A stretch of 63,324 bases of DNA, filler included, from Chrysochromulina tobinii (lineage: Eukaryota), in NCBI GenBank assembly GCA_001275005.1. It is 5 parts of 5 records of this genome, joined end to end, with 100 filler letters (N's around TTAATTAATTAA, not from the genome) between each part and the next. Parts side by side here need not be neighbours in the genome. Positions count along the whole stretch, not along the records: positions 1 to 23,176 come from JWZX01001039.1; positions 23,277 to 40,787 come from JWZX01001041.1; 3 more parts are not named here. One strand, written 5' to 3'. The translations under genes and the position numbers were made by a program. Positions 22,531 through 33,992 of the stretch are shown here, piece after piece (the stretch's first letter is position 1; each line of letters begins with the position of its first letter). The notes under the pieces are model-generated. The model made no database searches and was not told the DNA's origin. It saw nothing but the letters and a program-made list of their open reading frames with translations.

Positions 22531-23176
22531 GGACGTGATCTCAATCGATCTCAATCATAGCGCGCTCAGCGTGGCTCAGACGAATGGCCGACTAGGCCCT
22601 CTTCTAAGACGGGGCCACAGGTTGGTGCCAGCTCCAGTGCCAGCGCATTGTGCAAGTGGAGTGTGAGTGGGCTACCTATGTCGAGGATGGACCCACAGCG
22701 TCCCACACGTCCCATTCCCAGGTCCCAGCGGGGCGATGTCACGTTAGCATTGTAGTGTGGAGCCGTTCGAGAACGGCGGTCGGTGAGCGCGGGTCCTCTA
22801 CTCAAGAGGGGAAGGGGAATAACGAGAGTGTGCTACATGTCAGGACAGTCCTTCTCACACAACAATTCTTCCCCACCCCCGTTGGAACACCGGGAGGGAA
22901 GCCTCTGAGATTAACCGCCCGCGTGAAAATAGCGCGTGCGCGACCCGATAGGTTTTGGCCGGCGGTCCCATTTTTTTGCGTGTCCGTCTGTGTGTGTGTC
23001 CGTGGATCCAGTCTGTCGTCCCAAATTTGGAGTCAACAAAAAGCCCCGGATCCGCGTTCGCTTTTCAAAGCGCGATTTTCGACGAGATAGCATGGCGCTT
23101 CCAGACGAGAGCATGGCTGGCGCGGCGGCGCGGCCGCCGCTCGGCGAGCCGCCGCTCGGCGAGCTGAGTTTGAACG

Positions 23177-23276
23177 NNNNNNNNNNNNNNNNNNNNNNNN
23201 NNNNNNNNNNNNNNNNNNNNTTAATTAATTAANNNNNNNNNNNNNNNNNNNNNNNNNNNNNNNNNNNNNNNNNNNN
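23177..23276. other. Artificial contig-joining spacer
   Basis: N44-TTAATTAATTAA-N44, stops in all six frames. Confidence 0.99.

Positions 23277-23309
<33 letters not shown>
23277..23309. repeat. (GA)n microsatellite at contig end, probably intronic in the LHC gene
   Basis: About 16 GA units. Confidence 0.95.
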
Positions 23310-23311
<2 letters not shown>

Positions 23312-23370
23312 ATGGAGCGACACCCGAGAACCTCCGCAGCAGGCTGGGTTCGACCTTCATGGACCTCACG

Positions 23371-23718
23371 GGAAGCGGGACCGCCAGCAGCAGCAATGTC
23401 AGCGTAGGTGGTGCCAGACAGCGTCATGGCCCAGGGCCAGTGGAAATTCGACTGCACGACAAAGCCAACGAAGGCAGCCATCGCGACACGGCCGTGCTTG
23501 ATCTCTGCCTGACGCAGAAATCCAATCGAAGACTCCTGCGACTTGCCCCAGAACTCCATCTGGGCGAGCGGCGTCGGGTTGTAATAGCCCAAAGACGGGT
23601 TGAGCTTCTTTGCCAGCACCATCAGGTCAGCCTCCGTTTCCATGCGAATCGTTGCGCGAACATTCGTGGAAACGGCGGAGCCGGCGAAGCTTGTGGGCAG
23701 GGACACGAGAGCGAGCAT
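23371..23718 (-). CDS. Fucoxanthin-chlorophyll a/c light-harvesting protein, 5' part only (runs into a probable intron and the contig end)
   Basis: Bipartite leader, LAKKLNPSLGYYNP and FLRQAEIKHGRVAMAAFVGF; similarity to the neighbouring paralog stops after AAGGPA, at GTGAGG. Confidence 0.92.
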
Positions 23719-24112
23719 AATGGACTGAAGAATGCGCGAGATGGGTTCCGGAGAAATGTGGAAGCTTTCCCACATGATTTAATTAGGGTGGCACATAGAT
23801 TTACACGCGTTCACGACATGTTGGAAGATCTCTCGCGGTTGTCAGTGCTCTCAAGTCACAACAGGAACTCATAGGCATGGAAAAACTGCTGCGCCGTGTA
23901 CAGGGCACTCGGCGGTCAAGGCATGGATACCGCAAAAACACAGGCTGCAGCATGTACACAGTTGTATCCGGCTAGTTATACATAGTAGGCGATACACGGC
24001 TTCCATCGCGTGCGGCTGCGCACGCGCGCGCGCGCCCACACATCCCAATCGTTTGCACATCTCGTTCCAGATCTCGTTGCTGCACCGCGCGAGACGCGCC
24101 GAACTACACGGC

Positions 24113-25080
24113 TTAGGGCCAGCCGAGGGTGCCGACCTTCGCGAGCATGTCGGACACAAAAGGCAGCGAAATGTCGCCCTTGGCGAAGGGCGCCATGACC
24201 TCGCCGGCATACGGCTTGATGCCGGGGATCGAGTCGAGGCCGGGCACCTGCAGGCCCTTGGAGGCCGAGAGCATTCCGATGATGCCGATCTGAGCGAGGC
24301 GGCCGTTGTTGATCTCGGCGAGGAGTGCCTTCTCTTTGCGCTCCTTGGACATGTTCTTGGTGAAGCCGAACGGATCCCACAGGTTCAGCGGAACCGGGTG
24401 CGGGAACGCGAATTCGTCTGAGCGCGACAGCTTGGGGAAGTAGCCCGGCTTGCCGCCGCGCACGTAGTGCTCAGTGCCGTCGGCCTTGAGAAGGGTCGAT
24501 GTCTCCGAGATCAGCTCGAGGAAGCCGATCGCGCCCATGATCTGCAGCTTGGCCGCCGTGGGCAGGGCGTCCCATTGGTCAGCTGGGCCGCCCGCGGCCG
24601 AGATCTCAGCGTGCGTGATGCCGCTCGTGGTGAGCGCCCAAGGGAAATAGATGCCGTTCGACTGCACGCAGAAGCCGACGAAGGCCGCCATCGCCACACG
24701 GCCGTGCTTGATCTCTGCATGGCGGAACCAGCCGATCGTTTCGGGCGAGGCGGCGCCAATGCCGAGCGGGTCGAAGTAGCCAACGGTCGGGTTGAGCTTC
24801 TTGGCGAGCGCCTCGAGGCCGGCCTTGGTCGAAATCTCTGCAAATTTAGAAACGATGGACGAGTTGTCAGCGCATGCACGGCGACTCGGGAAGGCAGGTG
24901 CACACGTGCACACGTCGCGCGCCGCGCGCGCCGCGCATCAAGCTGCCGCGCACCGCCCGAGGTCCACGGCTTCGAGGCGGTGGAGAATTCATCGGTGAAG
25001 CTCATCGTGGCACGGGTGGTGGCCGCGGGCACGGTCATGGGCGCGAAGCCGAGCACGGGGGTAGCGAGCATGAGAGCCAT
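24113..25080 (-). CDS. Fucoxanthin-chlorophyll a/c light-harvesting protein (possibly Lhcq-type); join(25080..24954,24837..24113), 283 aa
   Basis: GF-AP targeting junction, GYFDPLG, EIKHGRVAMAA, WDPFGF and EINNGRLAQIG; GT-AG intron 24953-24838 restores frame. Confidence 0.96.
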
Positions 25081-25510
25081 TTGGATGAGCAAAGAGCGAC
25101 GACTGAGGGGTGTTGTGTCAATGAAGTGCGCGCTTCTCCAATTCGAGAAACACAATTAAAAATATTGTGCCCGAGACAACGTCAATTCCGGTTTCGTCGC
25201 GGTTTCCCGCACACACCACACCGTCTCAAGGGACGGCTCCGCTCCCCTCGGTCAACACAAGTACTGAGTACTCGCTCGCTCGGGCTACTCAATTTCTCGC
25301 TAGTGAGGTCGGTCTCTCGGCTCTCTCCCAGCACACCACACAGTGTGATCTCTGCTCGCTGCCCTATACTACCGGGCGGGATTGTGATAGGCAATCAGGT
25401 GGAGGGTGGGAGGAGGTAGGGAGGAGGGGGACACAACGGATCGCCATCACTAAGCAAGCAACCACCGACACAGAGGAGTCTCGGTGTCGCCAGGAGCCTC
25501 ACAAACGCCG

Positions 25511-27676
25511 TCAGTCCATCATGAGTAGAGTCCGCTCCATGGTCCGCTCGTCCATCGCGGAAGAGTCCGGCGGCTCGGGCGGCGGCGGCCCGGGCGGCGG
25601 CCCGGGCGGCGGCTGCTGCGGCTGCGGATACGGCGGCGATGCGAGCATCGTCGTCGTACCGGTAATGCCGTTGGAGTTCGCGGACGGTGGCAGCGGCAGT
25701 GGCCACTCGGCAGCGATTCGTTGGACGAGCAAGTGGAGGGCGGGCAAGATGTTGCGCGGTGGTTGCGGCGGCAGCTCGCCGAGCGCGAGCAGCAGCTGCT
25801 GCACGTTGCGCCCGAGAAGCAGTACCGCGTGCTGCAGCTTCATGGGGTCAGCACCCTTGGGGTACAGAGGGTACGTGGCGATCTGCTGTGCCTTGAGCGC
25901 CGTGGCCGTGGCCGTGGCGCCGTTGCCGTTGCGCCCGCCATGGCCGGCTGCGGCCGCGCTGGGGGGGTCGTCAATGGAGCACCGGGAGGCGCCGAGCCGG
26001 ACCGGGTAGCGCAAGGTCACCGAGAGCAGCCGTGCCACGTGAACCACGAGCATGGCGGCGTCGCCGAGCACGGCGGCCACGTCCTCCTCGTCGGCGCTCG
26101 CGTTTTGAGCGGCGGTCACGGCCGAATGAGCAGGCCCCATCGGGCTTCCCATAGTAGGGTGTCCCATCGTGCTCGCCGGCGTGGGCGAAATGCTACCCGT
26201 CGCGTCTGACTGGGGAACCAAGGGCTTACCCCCACTACCACCGCCGAGGAGTTCTAGAGGTATGGCTTCACAGAGGTCGAGCAGTAGCTGTTTGCGCCTT
26301 ACCTGCTCGCGCCGCTTGCGCTCGTCGAGGAGCACCGCGCCGCCCTTGGTCGCGCCGCATGCCACCTCGCATCGCTTCTTGAGCGCGACAAGTGCGCGCG
26401 CAGCCGCATCGATCCGGCCGTTGGTCTCACTAATTAGGGTGTGCACCTGCGCGATGAGATGGCGCTCCTTGGCAAGCGCCGCCTGTGCGGAACGCTTCTC
26501 CTCGCGCAGGGCCGCGAGCGTCGCCTGCTGCGCGCGCCGCGTCTGCGACCGGCGCTGCCGCTCTGCCCGCCGCTCGAGCAGCGCGTCGGCGCGCGCGCGC
26601 AGCGCTTCGTTCTGAGCGGTCACCTGCGCATGCTGCACGGCGAGCGCCTCGACCTTGGCAACCCACGCCTCCTGCTGTGCCACCGAGGTGGGCTGGGGCG
26701 CGACCACGGGCAGAGCCGGCGGCTCGTCCGCGTCGAGGCCGGTGATCATTGAGGCCGGAATCGCTGAAACCGACCCCGAGACGCCCACCAACGGATACTG
26801 CCGAGCGAGCGCTTCGAAATCGGCGCGCTCGAAGCATGTGGACGTGCTCACCCCGGCACGCTGAAGCGCCTCCTTGATCTCCTTCGTAGAGAGCGACTCG
26901 TACCACGCGGTCCTGGGAGACGGGCTCACGGGCTGGCCGGCCACGGCGGGCTCGTCCTCCTTCTCCTCCTCCTCCGGCTGCTCCTTGCGGCCGACAATCC
27001 CCGCCGCCTCGAGGGACAGCACATCCTCGAGTGGTAGGCAGGGGCCGTCCACGAAGCGCAGCAGCAGCACGCCTGGAGGCAGCAATGGCAGGAGCGCCGA
27101 CGGATCGGCGTCGAGATGCGCGAGCGCGTCGAAGTGGACGGTGCGCTCCCACAACAAAGGCGCGTCAGCCGCCACTGCGCCGCCCGCCGCAACACGGCGC
27201 AGCACCAAGCGCACGGCGCCCGCCCAGCCCGCGCCCGTCGCCATTGCCGCGGGATCGACGTCCCACTGCGGCGCCAGCGAGCAGGGCGCCACGGCCGTGC
27301 GGAGGAGCGGCGCGCCGCTGCTCGCGGGCGCGTCGCACGGCGAGAGCGAGGTGCGCACAGCGCCTTCCGCGACCGCGCGCAGCGCCGCGGCCGTGGGCGC
27401 CGGGAGGTCGAGGTTCGCCAGCCATGCGGGCACAGCCTTGCTCGTATCTAGACCGGCACTGCGGGCATCCACGAGGACGCCAGCAGCCCTCTGCTCAGGC
27501 GTGCTCGCCGAAGCCACGGCCACGGCCGCGGGCGGCGGCAGCAGCGGCCACAGCTCGACGAGCAGGCCGCTCGAGCGCGTGCCCGTGTCGAAGCTCACAC
27601 GGTGGAGCGTGATGCTTCGTAGGTGTCGTAGGCGTCGCTGCCAGGGTGGTAAGGTGGGTCCATTGAAGGTGTACAT
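25511..27676 (-). CDS. UVRAG: UVRAG/Vps38, class III PI3K complex II subunit
   Basis: N-terminal QRRLRHLRSI, C2-like region, long coiled coil, C-terminal LRYPVRLGASRCSIDD...YPLY...AVLLLGRNVQQL. Confidence 0.85.
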   Translation of the reverse strand: MYTFNGPTLPPWQRRLRHLRSITLHRVSFDTGTRSSGLLVELWPLLPPPAAVAVASASTPEQRAAGVLVDARSAGLDTSKAVPAWLANLDLPAPTAAALRAVAEGAVRTSLSPCDAPASSGAPLLRTAVAPCSLAPQWDVDPAAMATGAGWAGAVRLVLRRVAAGGAVAADAPLLWERTVHFDALAHLDADPSALLPLLPPGVLLLRFVDGPCLPLEDVLSLEAAGIVGRKEQPEEEEKEDEPAVAGQPVSPSPRTAWYESLSTKEIKEALQRAGVSTSTCFERADFEALARQYPLVGVSGSVSAIPASMITGLDADEPPALPVVAPQPTSVAQQEAWVAKVEALAVQHAQVTAQNEALRARADALLERRAERQRRSQTRRAQQATLAALREEKRSAQAALAKERHLIAQVHTLISETNGRIDAAARALVALKKRCEVACGATKGGAVLLDERKRREQVRRKQLLLDLCEAIPLELLGGGSGGKPLVPQSDATGSISPTPASTMGHPTMGSPMGPAHSAVTAAQNASADEEDVAAVLGDAAMLVVHVARLLSVTLRYPVRLGASRCSIDDPPSAAAAGHGGRNGNGATATATALKAQQIATYPLYPKGADPMKLQHAVLLLGRNVQQLLLALGELPPQPPRNILPALHLLVQRIAAEWPLPLPPSANSNGITGTTTMLASPPYPQPQQPPPGPPPGPPPPEPPDSSAMDERTMERTLLMMD

Positions 27677-27866
27677 GCTGAGCAAAACTCGCGACTGAAG
27701 TGATGCCGGGGTCCTCTGTGGAAAACATGTTTGCTGCAGGTGAAAACATGTCCGTGCGAGACGGCTCGCCAAAATCGCGTAACCCAGACTCGAAACTTGG
27801 CAAGTCGCTGACGGAACTCAAGCGACCGCAGACGTAACTGCCATCCGCTTTTCCGAACTCTTCTAG

Positions 27867-28529
<663 letters not shown>

Positions 28530-28829
28530 GGGCGTTCCACGGGCTGGCCCCCGCCACACGCGTGAAGTCTGCTGTATGTTAATCAACAGCCTCGTCTAAT
28601 GACGTCCTGATGAGAGCGAGGATTGCGGGTGCCAGTGAGATAGCTGTGACGAGCTCCTTTGCCGTAAAGCGCACTGAAACACTCAGCATAAACGGGGATA
28701 AATTTTAAATATATTGCAATATCGCGGCTGGATACGCAGGAGGATACGTTGCCGACTCAACGCTCACGTGTCGCGCACCGGTACGGTAGTAGCAGACCGC
28801 GCTAACCGCGCATTATACAAATACATCGT

Positions 28830-30455
28830 TCAAGCTGCGTCCAAATCCTCGGCCAGCCGCCTGAGCAGCCGCTTCTCACTCTCCACCTTGACGAGTGGGG
28901 TGAACTGTTTTCGCCCCTCCGTCTTGGAGCGTCGCCACACCGGTTCCATCTCGGCACGCACGATACGTACGCGACCCTTCTCCACGAGTAGATCGAGGGC
29001 GCCGTCGAAGTCACCCTTCATCCGCTCATCACCGTCGTCATCGACGTACTCGGCGCCCGACGCCAAGAAACGGATGCGCGCACCTGTCGGCAGCGCATCC
29101 ACCAACTCCAGCCGCTTCGCAGCGGCCGCTGCTGCCCTCGTGGGCAGATCGAGCACCGTGAACGGCGAGCGCAGCAGGGGCTCCTCGTCCTCTCCAGTCG
29201 CGCTGCTCAGCTCGCGCGCCCAGCCGCGCACCCACGCAACCATCTCCTCACGCGTCACGTGTGAAGGCGTGCGCAACCTTGCGATCTCCGGCCCGAGCAG
29301 CTTGAGGAATTCGTCAGCCCAGTCGCCGCTGCTGCCCGCGCCAAGGGAGAATCGGCAGTCCTCCGCCTCGGGCCTCCGCAACGCCTCACGCACGGCCCGT
29401 GTGGCCAACGAGGGCGACACAGCTCCCTCGAGCACGTCACCAGCCGCGATCTGGATGCCACGAGGCGCCCGTGACGGCGCCTCGCTTGGGAGGTCACGCA
29501 CCTCGAACCGCATCACGGAGCTCACTGCGCCGACTGCCGCCGCCGCAGAGCAGATGGCCTGCTCTGCGGCTCGCTGTCGGTCGAGCCCGAGTCCGCTGAA
29601 CACGTTCCGGAGTGCAAACGCCGGATCGAAGGTGCGATCGACGCCGCGCGGCGCCAGCAGCAGCACTCGGCGCAGCGTCGGCGGCAACACCCGAGCTGCG
29701 GCCGCAACGAATGTCGGGCTGACACCGCCGTTAGATACAGCGCCGCTGCATACGAGGACGAGCCCTTCGCACTTGGACAAGGCGCGGCGGAGCGACCCAG
29801 AGGCAGGCAGGGTCGGGTCAGCGCACCCCGGTGGCACGTTCAAGGAGCAGACGGTCGCATTGTACCCGCACGACGCCAGACCGTCGACTAGCGCCGCGCC
29901 AAATGGGGAGGCGACGCCGGCCACGATGATCGAGGCACCTCGAGGCAGGAAAGAACTTTTGAGCGGCGGTACTGTGCTAACGTTGCGGCTTTTGAACGAA
30001 GGAGGCGCGGCCGCCTCGAGCTCATCGAGCAGGACCCGCGCTCGCTCGGCCAACGCGTCTCGCTTCTCGGCCGCCATGGCCTCTGCCTGCTCCTCCAGAA
30101 ACTGCTCCACCAGCTCAAAGTCACCTTTAACCTGCGCGCCGACAGCGGCCACCTCGTCCTGCAGCTCGCTGATGAATGCATCGAGATCGCGCTTTTCTCG
30201 TGCCGCCGCAAGAGCTGCTGTCGCAACATCAGCTGAAACCCAATCTCTCAAGCCCTCAAGCTCGAGGAGAAGCACGTCCAGGCTGTCGCGGTCGAAGCCA
30301 GGGTCCAATTCGGCATCTAAGCGCGTTGGCCGTGAGCGCGTGCGTCTGTGTGCATCCGTGTGGAGTCGACCATCATCCGTGTGCAGCCGAAGATGAACGG
30401 GCGGCGATGTAAACGCTGCCGCAGCCATCAGCACGGTCGCGGTCGCGATGAGCAT
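28830..30455 (-). CDS. Probable plastid-targeted NAD(P)-binding Rossmann-fold (atypical SDR) protein with N-terminal coiled coil
   Basis: Signal peptide ending AAAA-F; IIVAGVASPFGAALVDGL; RRVLLLAPRGVDR; RAAEQAI. Confidence 0.7.
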   Translation of the reverse strand: MLIATATVLMAAAAFTSPPVHLRLHTDDGRLHTDAHRRTRSRPTRLDAELDPGFDRDSLDVLLLELEGLRDWVSADVATAALAAAREKRDLDAFISELQDEVAAVGAQVKGDFELVEQFLEEQAEAMAAEKRDALAERARVLLDELEAAAPPSFKSRNVSTVPPLKSSFLPRGASIIVAGVASPFGAALVDGLASCGYNATVCSLNVPPGCADPTLPASGSLRRALSKCEGLVLVCSGAVSNGGVSPTFVAAAARVLPPTLRRVLLLAPRGVDRTFDPAFALRNVFSGLGLDRQRAAEQAICSAAAAVGAVSSVMRFEVRDLPSEAPSRAPRGIQIAAGDVLEGAVSPSLATRAVREALRRPEAEDCRFSLGAGSSGDWADEFLKLLGPEIARLRTPSHVTREEMVAWVRGWARELSSATGEDEEPLLRSPFTVLDLPTRAAAAAAKRLELVDALPTGARIRFLASGAEYVDDDGDERMKGDFDGALDLLVEKGRVRIVRAEMEPVWRRSKTEGRKQFTPLVKVESEKRLLRRLAEDLDAA

Positions 30456-30602
30456 CGCGTCAGAGGAGAGCCCAATAATGGAGAAGTGGAAAGGAACTTT
30501 CAAGTTTCGTCGTACGATCAGGAGAACGCCTCGTTCCCCTTTTCTCGAACACAACTCTGTGTGTACCGGAGCCAGCGCCGCGCCGCGGCGCAGCGCGCTG
30601 CT

Positions 30603-30757
30603 CTACCCAGCCACCAAGCAAGCTAGTTAGTCGAAACAACACAAGTACCTAAACAAGCGCAACCGAATACTCCTGTAGTCAGCGGAGTAGGAAAGAGTGG
30701 GCGGAGAGGATGGACCCACTCTTGCTTGCTTGCTTGCTTGCTTGCTACCCAGCCACC
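30603..30757 (+). mobile_element. Short retroposon-like insertion (30616-30744) with (CTTG)6 tail and 13-bp target-site duplication
   Basis: CTACCCAGCCACC at 30603-30615 and 30745-30757 flanks 129 nt with two hairpins and a microsatellite tail. Confidence 0.65.
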
Positions 30758-32457
30758 GCAACCGCGATGGAATCCGTGGCCTCCTTGAGCAGGGCGGCTA
30801 CATCGGGTGCGGGCCCACCCGACGGCCGCGCCGCCCTCATCGCGCTCTTGGTGCGTATGAGATCGATCGCTGCGGCGCAAACGTCCCGCGCCCCAACAGC
30901 GCCGAGCAGCTGCAGCACCGCCATGCTCTCCTCCACCAGCGGACTGCTCTTTGCCATGCTCTTTGCGCCCGGCACGGCGTGCAAAACCTGGTGCACGGCG
31001 ACGGCGGCGCGCAGATGCGCTGCGATGGTATGCCTGGCCACGAGAGAGGCGTGCGCGGCGGCGCGAGGCCATGCGTGGGAGAGCAGGCAGTGGATGAGCT
31101 TGAGCGCGTCGCGCGCCCCTTGGAAACGAGCGCTCGCTGCCGCGGCAGCAGCGGCAGCAGCCACAGCAGCAGCAGCGTCATCCGCCTCGGACGCCGTGAT
31201 GACCTTGAAGACCTGTGGTCGGATGGCAGCGCTTGCAGTCTCCACCTCTGCGTCCAGGAGATGCACGGTGGACTTGAGCATGGGTGCGAGCTGGCAGCAG
31301 ATACGCAGCCCAAACTGCGCGATGAGCGTGGGCAGGTGCGCCAGGTAGAGCCGACGGGCCGCCGGGTACGGAGCCACGTACAGCAGCTCCGTCGCCATCG
31401 CCTCAAGCAACGAGAGATGCTGCGCCTCCCGAGCTCCGGCGTCGGCGAGCGCATGCTCGGAGGTCGCATGCGGCCACGCCGCAAAGAGCGCAGGCAGCAG
31501 CCAGCGCAGCACGACGCCCTCACGGAACACGAGTAGCCTCCGAAGCTGATGCACCACGAGTGCACCTTGCCAACGCACGTCAACGGTAGGTAGTTCGTCG
31601 ATGCAGTGCGCGATCGCCCGCAACACGGAGGCACGCGCAGGCGCGTCGAGGACGTCCGACCAGCGCACTAGTAACGGCAGCAGCTTGTGCGCGTCACTCG
31701 CGCTCGCCAGGTACGGCCGACGTAGCGATCGAACGCAGTGGCTTAGAGCGGCGGCCCAGCGCCGCGTGCGGTGGGTGCTGCGCTGCGCCTGTGCGCACTC
31801 GAGCTCCGCGTGGAGCAGCCGGCAGATGGGGCCGTGCAGCACGGCCTGCAGCCTGACGAGCGGCATGCCCGCGGCCAGCGCGACCATCGTCGCTGCCTCC
31901 GACGCTTGAGCTGCGAGCGAAGGTAAGTGGCACGGCTCAAGCCATGATGGCTCGATACCTCTGGCATCGTCAGCCACGCTCGGGCTCTCCACGCCCCCCT
32001 CAGCTGCGACCTCGTAGATCCCAACCAGCAGCCGCACTGGCAACGGACACTGCGAGCGCACAGTGCGCCGAGCAGCGTCCGCATCCGCCACCTCCTGTTC
32101 CATCGTGGCTCGGCGGCGCTCAGTGGCGCTATTGTTGCGCGGCGGTGAGGCGCTGGTGCTAGCGTCCGCCGAGATGGTGAACGAGGCGCTGCCCTTGGTC
32201 ATCTCCAATAGCTTCAGCAGCAGTTGCAGCGCGGCCGCGGTTCGGGTGGGCCAAGAACCGAGGGCAGGCGACGAGGACGCTGAAGTGCCATCAGCCCAGC
32301 CGTCGAGCGCCGCCTGCACTTCCTTGGTTGGTAGCAGCCAATCCGGCACACGAACCATCAGGGCTTCTGCCATGGCGCTGCAATCACTATCATTCATGTC
32401 TTCAAGCACGCGGCTGGCATCATGACGGAGCGCGTCGTCGGAAATGAAGGCGAGCAT
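30745..32457 (-). CDS. TTI2: TELO2-interacting protein 2 (TTT complex), HEAT repeats
   Basis: LLPLLVRWSD..., ARRLYLAHLPTLIAQFGL and ALKLIHCLLSHAWPR follow the Tti2 C-terminal pattern. Confidence 0.75.
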   Translation of the reverse strand: MLAFISDDALRHDASRVLEDMNDSDCSAMAEALMVRVPDWLLPTKEVQAALDGWADGTSASSSPALGSWPTRTAAALQLLLKLLEMTKGSASFTISADASTSASPPRNNSATERRRATMEQEVADADAARRTVRSQCPLPVRLLVGIYEVAAEGGVESPSVADDARGIEPSWLEPCHLPSLAAQASEAATMVALAAGMPLVRLQAVLHGPICRLLHAELECAQAQRSTHRTRRWAAALSHCVRSLRRPYLASASDAHKLLPLLVRWSDVLDAPARASVLRAIAHCIDELPTVDVRWQGALVVHQLRRLLVFREGVVLRWLLPALFAAWPHATSEHALADAGAREAQHLSLLEAMATELLYVAPYPAARRLYLAHLPTLIAQFGLRICCQLAPMLKSTVHLLDAEVETASAAIRPQVFKVITASEADDAAAAVAAAAAAAAASARFQGARDALKLIHCLLSHAWPRAAAHASLVARHTIAAHLRAAVAVHQVLHAVPGAKSMAKSSPLVEESMAVLQLLGAVGARDVCAAAIDLIRTKSAMRAARPSGGPAPDVAALLKEATDSIAVAVAG

Positions 32458-32941
32458 TAAGAACGGGTCTGGACGTTCATGTTAATACACACAACACGTA
32501 CAAAGCCCAGAAGAGAAGACAAAACAAACCCCCCAAAACAAGGCCCCGAAGGAAGACACATGCAGGCAGAGAGCCGAGAAACAGCCTATGAGAGAAGATC
32601 GGCGAGACCCAAATATGAACTCGGGAGGGAGCGCGCCCGTGGACGTTCACACCGCAACTTGGCCCTCGCGGCGTTCACACGATGCGACGGCTCCTAAGTG
32701 AACCAGACCGATTTGACCAGGTAACGCCAGTATGTAGTACATGCCAAATGCACTCGGAGGGTGCAGGAAATTCCTCGCCGGCCTCGTTTTTCTCAATTCC
32801 TTCTTGTCGTACGACGGTCGGGCCTGGTGGACATGTGTGTGGACACGCGCACGCCAGAGGGCTTTCTCATACGTGCATGTGTGATGTGAGTCGCTCTCTG
32901 ACTCCATGACATATGTCTCTCGCGTTCGCTCCAACATCTCT

Positions 32942-33787
32942 TCAACAAGACCCGCTCATGTACGCCCGTGCCTCATGCGCGAGCTCGGAGCAGCGCCTTG
33001 CGACCGCACGGAAGCGGCCATCCGTCTTCTCGGGCCAACGGTGCGCATAGGCAAACGAGCATGCGCCGCTCAGGGCAAGAAACTTGGGATCACCTATCAA
33101 GCACTTGCCGGTACCAAAGCCGACCATTGCCCCGGCTACGGCCGCATCGACCACGGTAGCGTCCCCTCGCTCGGGTTTGATGGCCTTGCGCAGGGCGGAC
33201 GCCCCCTGCTCCACGCGCGAGAGCCACGATTCGAGAGAGCGCCGCGCGCCCTCGTCGAGCGATGAAGTGAGCGGGATGACGCTGCCTCGCCCAGCACCAC
33301 CTCCACGCAATCGCATCATCTCACCCAGCTCGCCTAGGCCCGCGTCTTCTGTTGACGGAATCGCAGCGCCAAGCTCTGCCAGCACATAGTCGCGCATGCG
33401 CTCGAGCGCCACTGCCTGCGGCTCTCCGCCACCCTTCCTCGCTCGCGCAATCCTGTCTGCCATCGCCTCGCGATACGCGGCGAGCTTCTCATCGAGGCTG
33501 TTCGCACAGCCGTACACTGTTGCGCCGGGCTCGGGATTTTGGACGAACGGTTGCAGCAAGAGTGTTCTTGCCTCTCGCAAGGCGGCCTGCGCCGTCTGGG
33601 GTTGATCAATCAGGGATCCAAGCAACTGGGCCATCTTGACGTTCCGCGATTGTGGATCGCGCGGCTGCGGTAGATCAACCGAGGGAAAGATGTTCATCCG
33701 CGCCACGCCCGAGCGGGTGAAAATATGAGCCGAGCGGAGAACAGGAGCCGAGGGGAGGAAGAGGAAGCCCCACACGAGTCGCTGCAT
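32942..33787 (-). CDS. Hypothetical protein, possibly organelle-targeted, with internal RLRGG motif
   Basis: ~281-codon ORF; hydrophobic N-terminus, basic transit-like segment, hydrophobic C-terminal hairpin. Confidence 0.6.
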   Translation of the reverse strand: MQRLVWGFLFLPSAPVLRSAHIFTRSGVARMNIFPSVDLPQPRDPQSRNVKMAQLLGSLIDQPQTAQAALREARTLLLQPFVQNPEPGATVYGCANSLDEKLAAYREAMADRIARARKGGGEPQAVALERMRDYVLAELGAAIPSTEDAGLGELGEMMRLRGGGAGRGSVIPLTSSLDEGARRSLESWLSRVEQGASALRKAIKPERGDATVVDAAVAGAMVGFGTGKCLIGDPKFLALSGACSFAYAHRWPEKTDGRFRAVARRCSELAHEARAYMSGSC

Positions 33788-33992
33788 TGTTTCCGAAAGA
33801 ACGCCCAATACGACGCTCCACCGGCTCGTGTGGAGCTCGCCAAATGGGTGGTTGTGGCACACCAGAGAATCCAGAGAGAAGTACACTGTAGCATTTGTCT
33901 CGCCGGCTTTGCACCTATGCTCGGTTTTCACTTTTGTGAATTCTTTTGTGTCTCGGCCGATTTTTTTGGTCCCCCCCGACGCTCCGCGATCG

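Noticed and set aside
23092..23176. Possible gene start MALPDESMAG at the contig end
   Set aside because: Only 28 codons before the gap; cannot be supported
28714..30396. 560-aa plus-strand ORF and many similar Arg/Ala/Ser-rich overlapping ORFs
   Set aside because: Shadow frames of genuine genes on the opposite strand or in another frame
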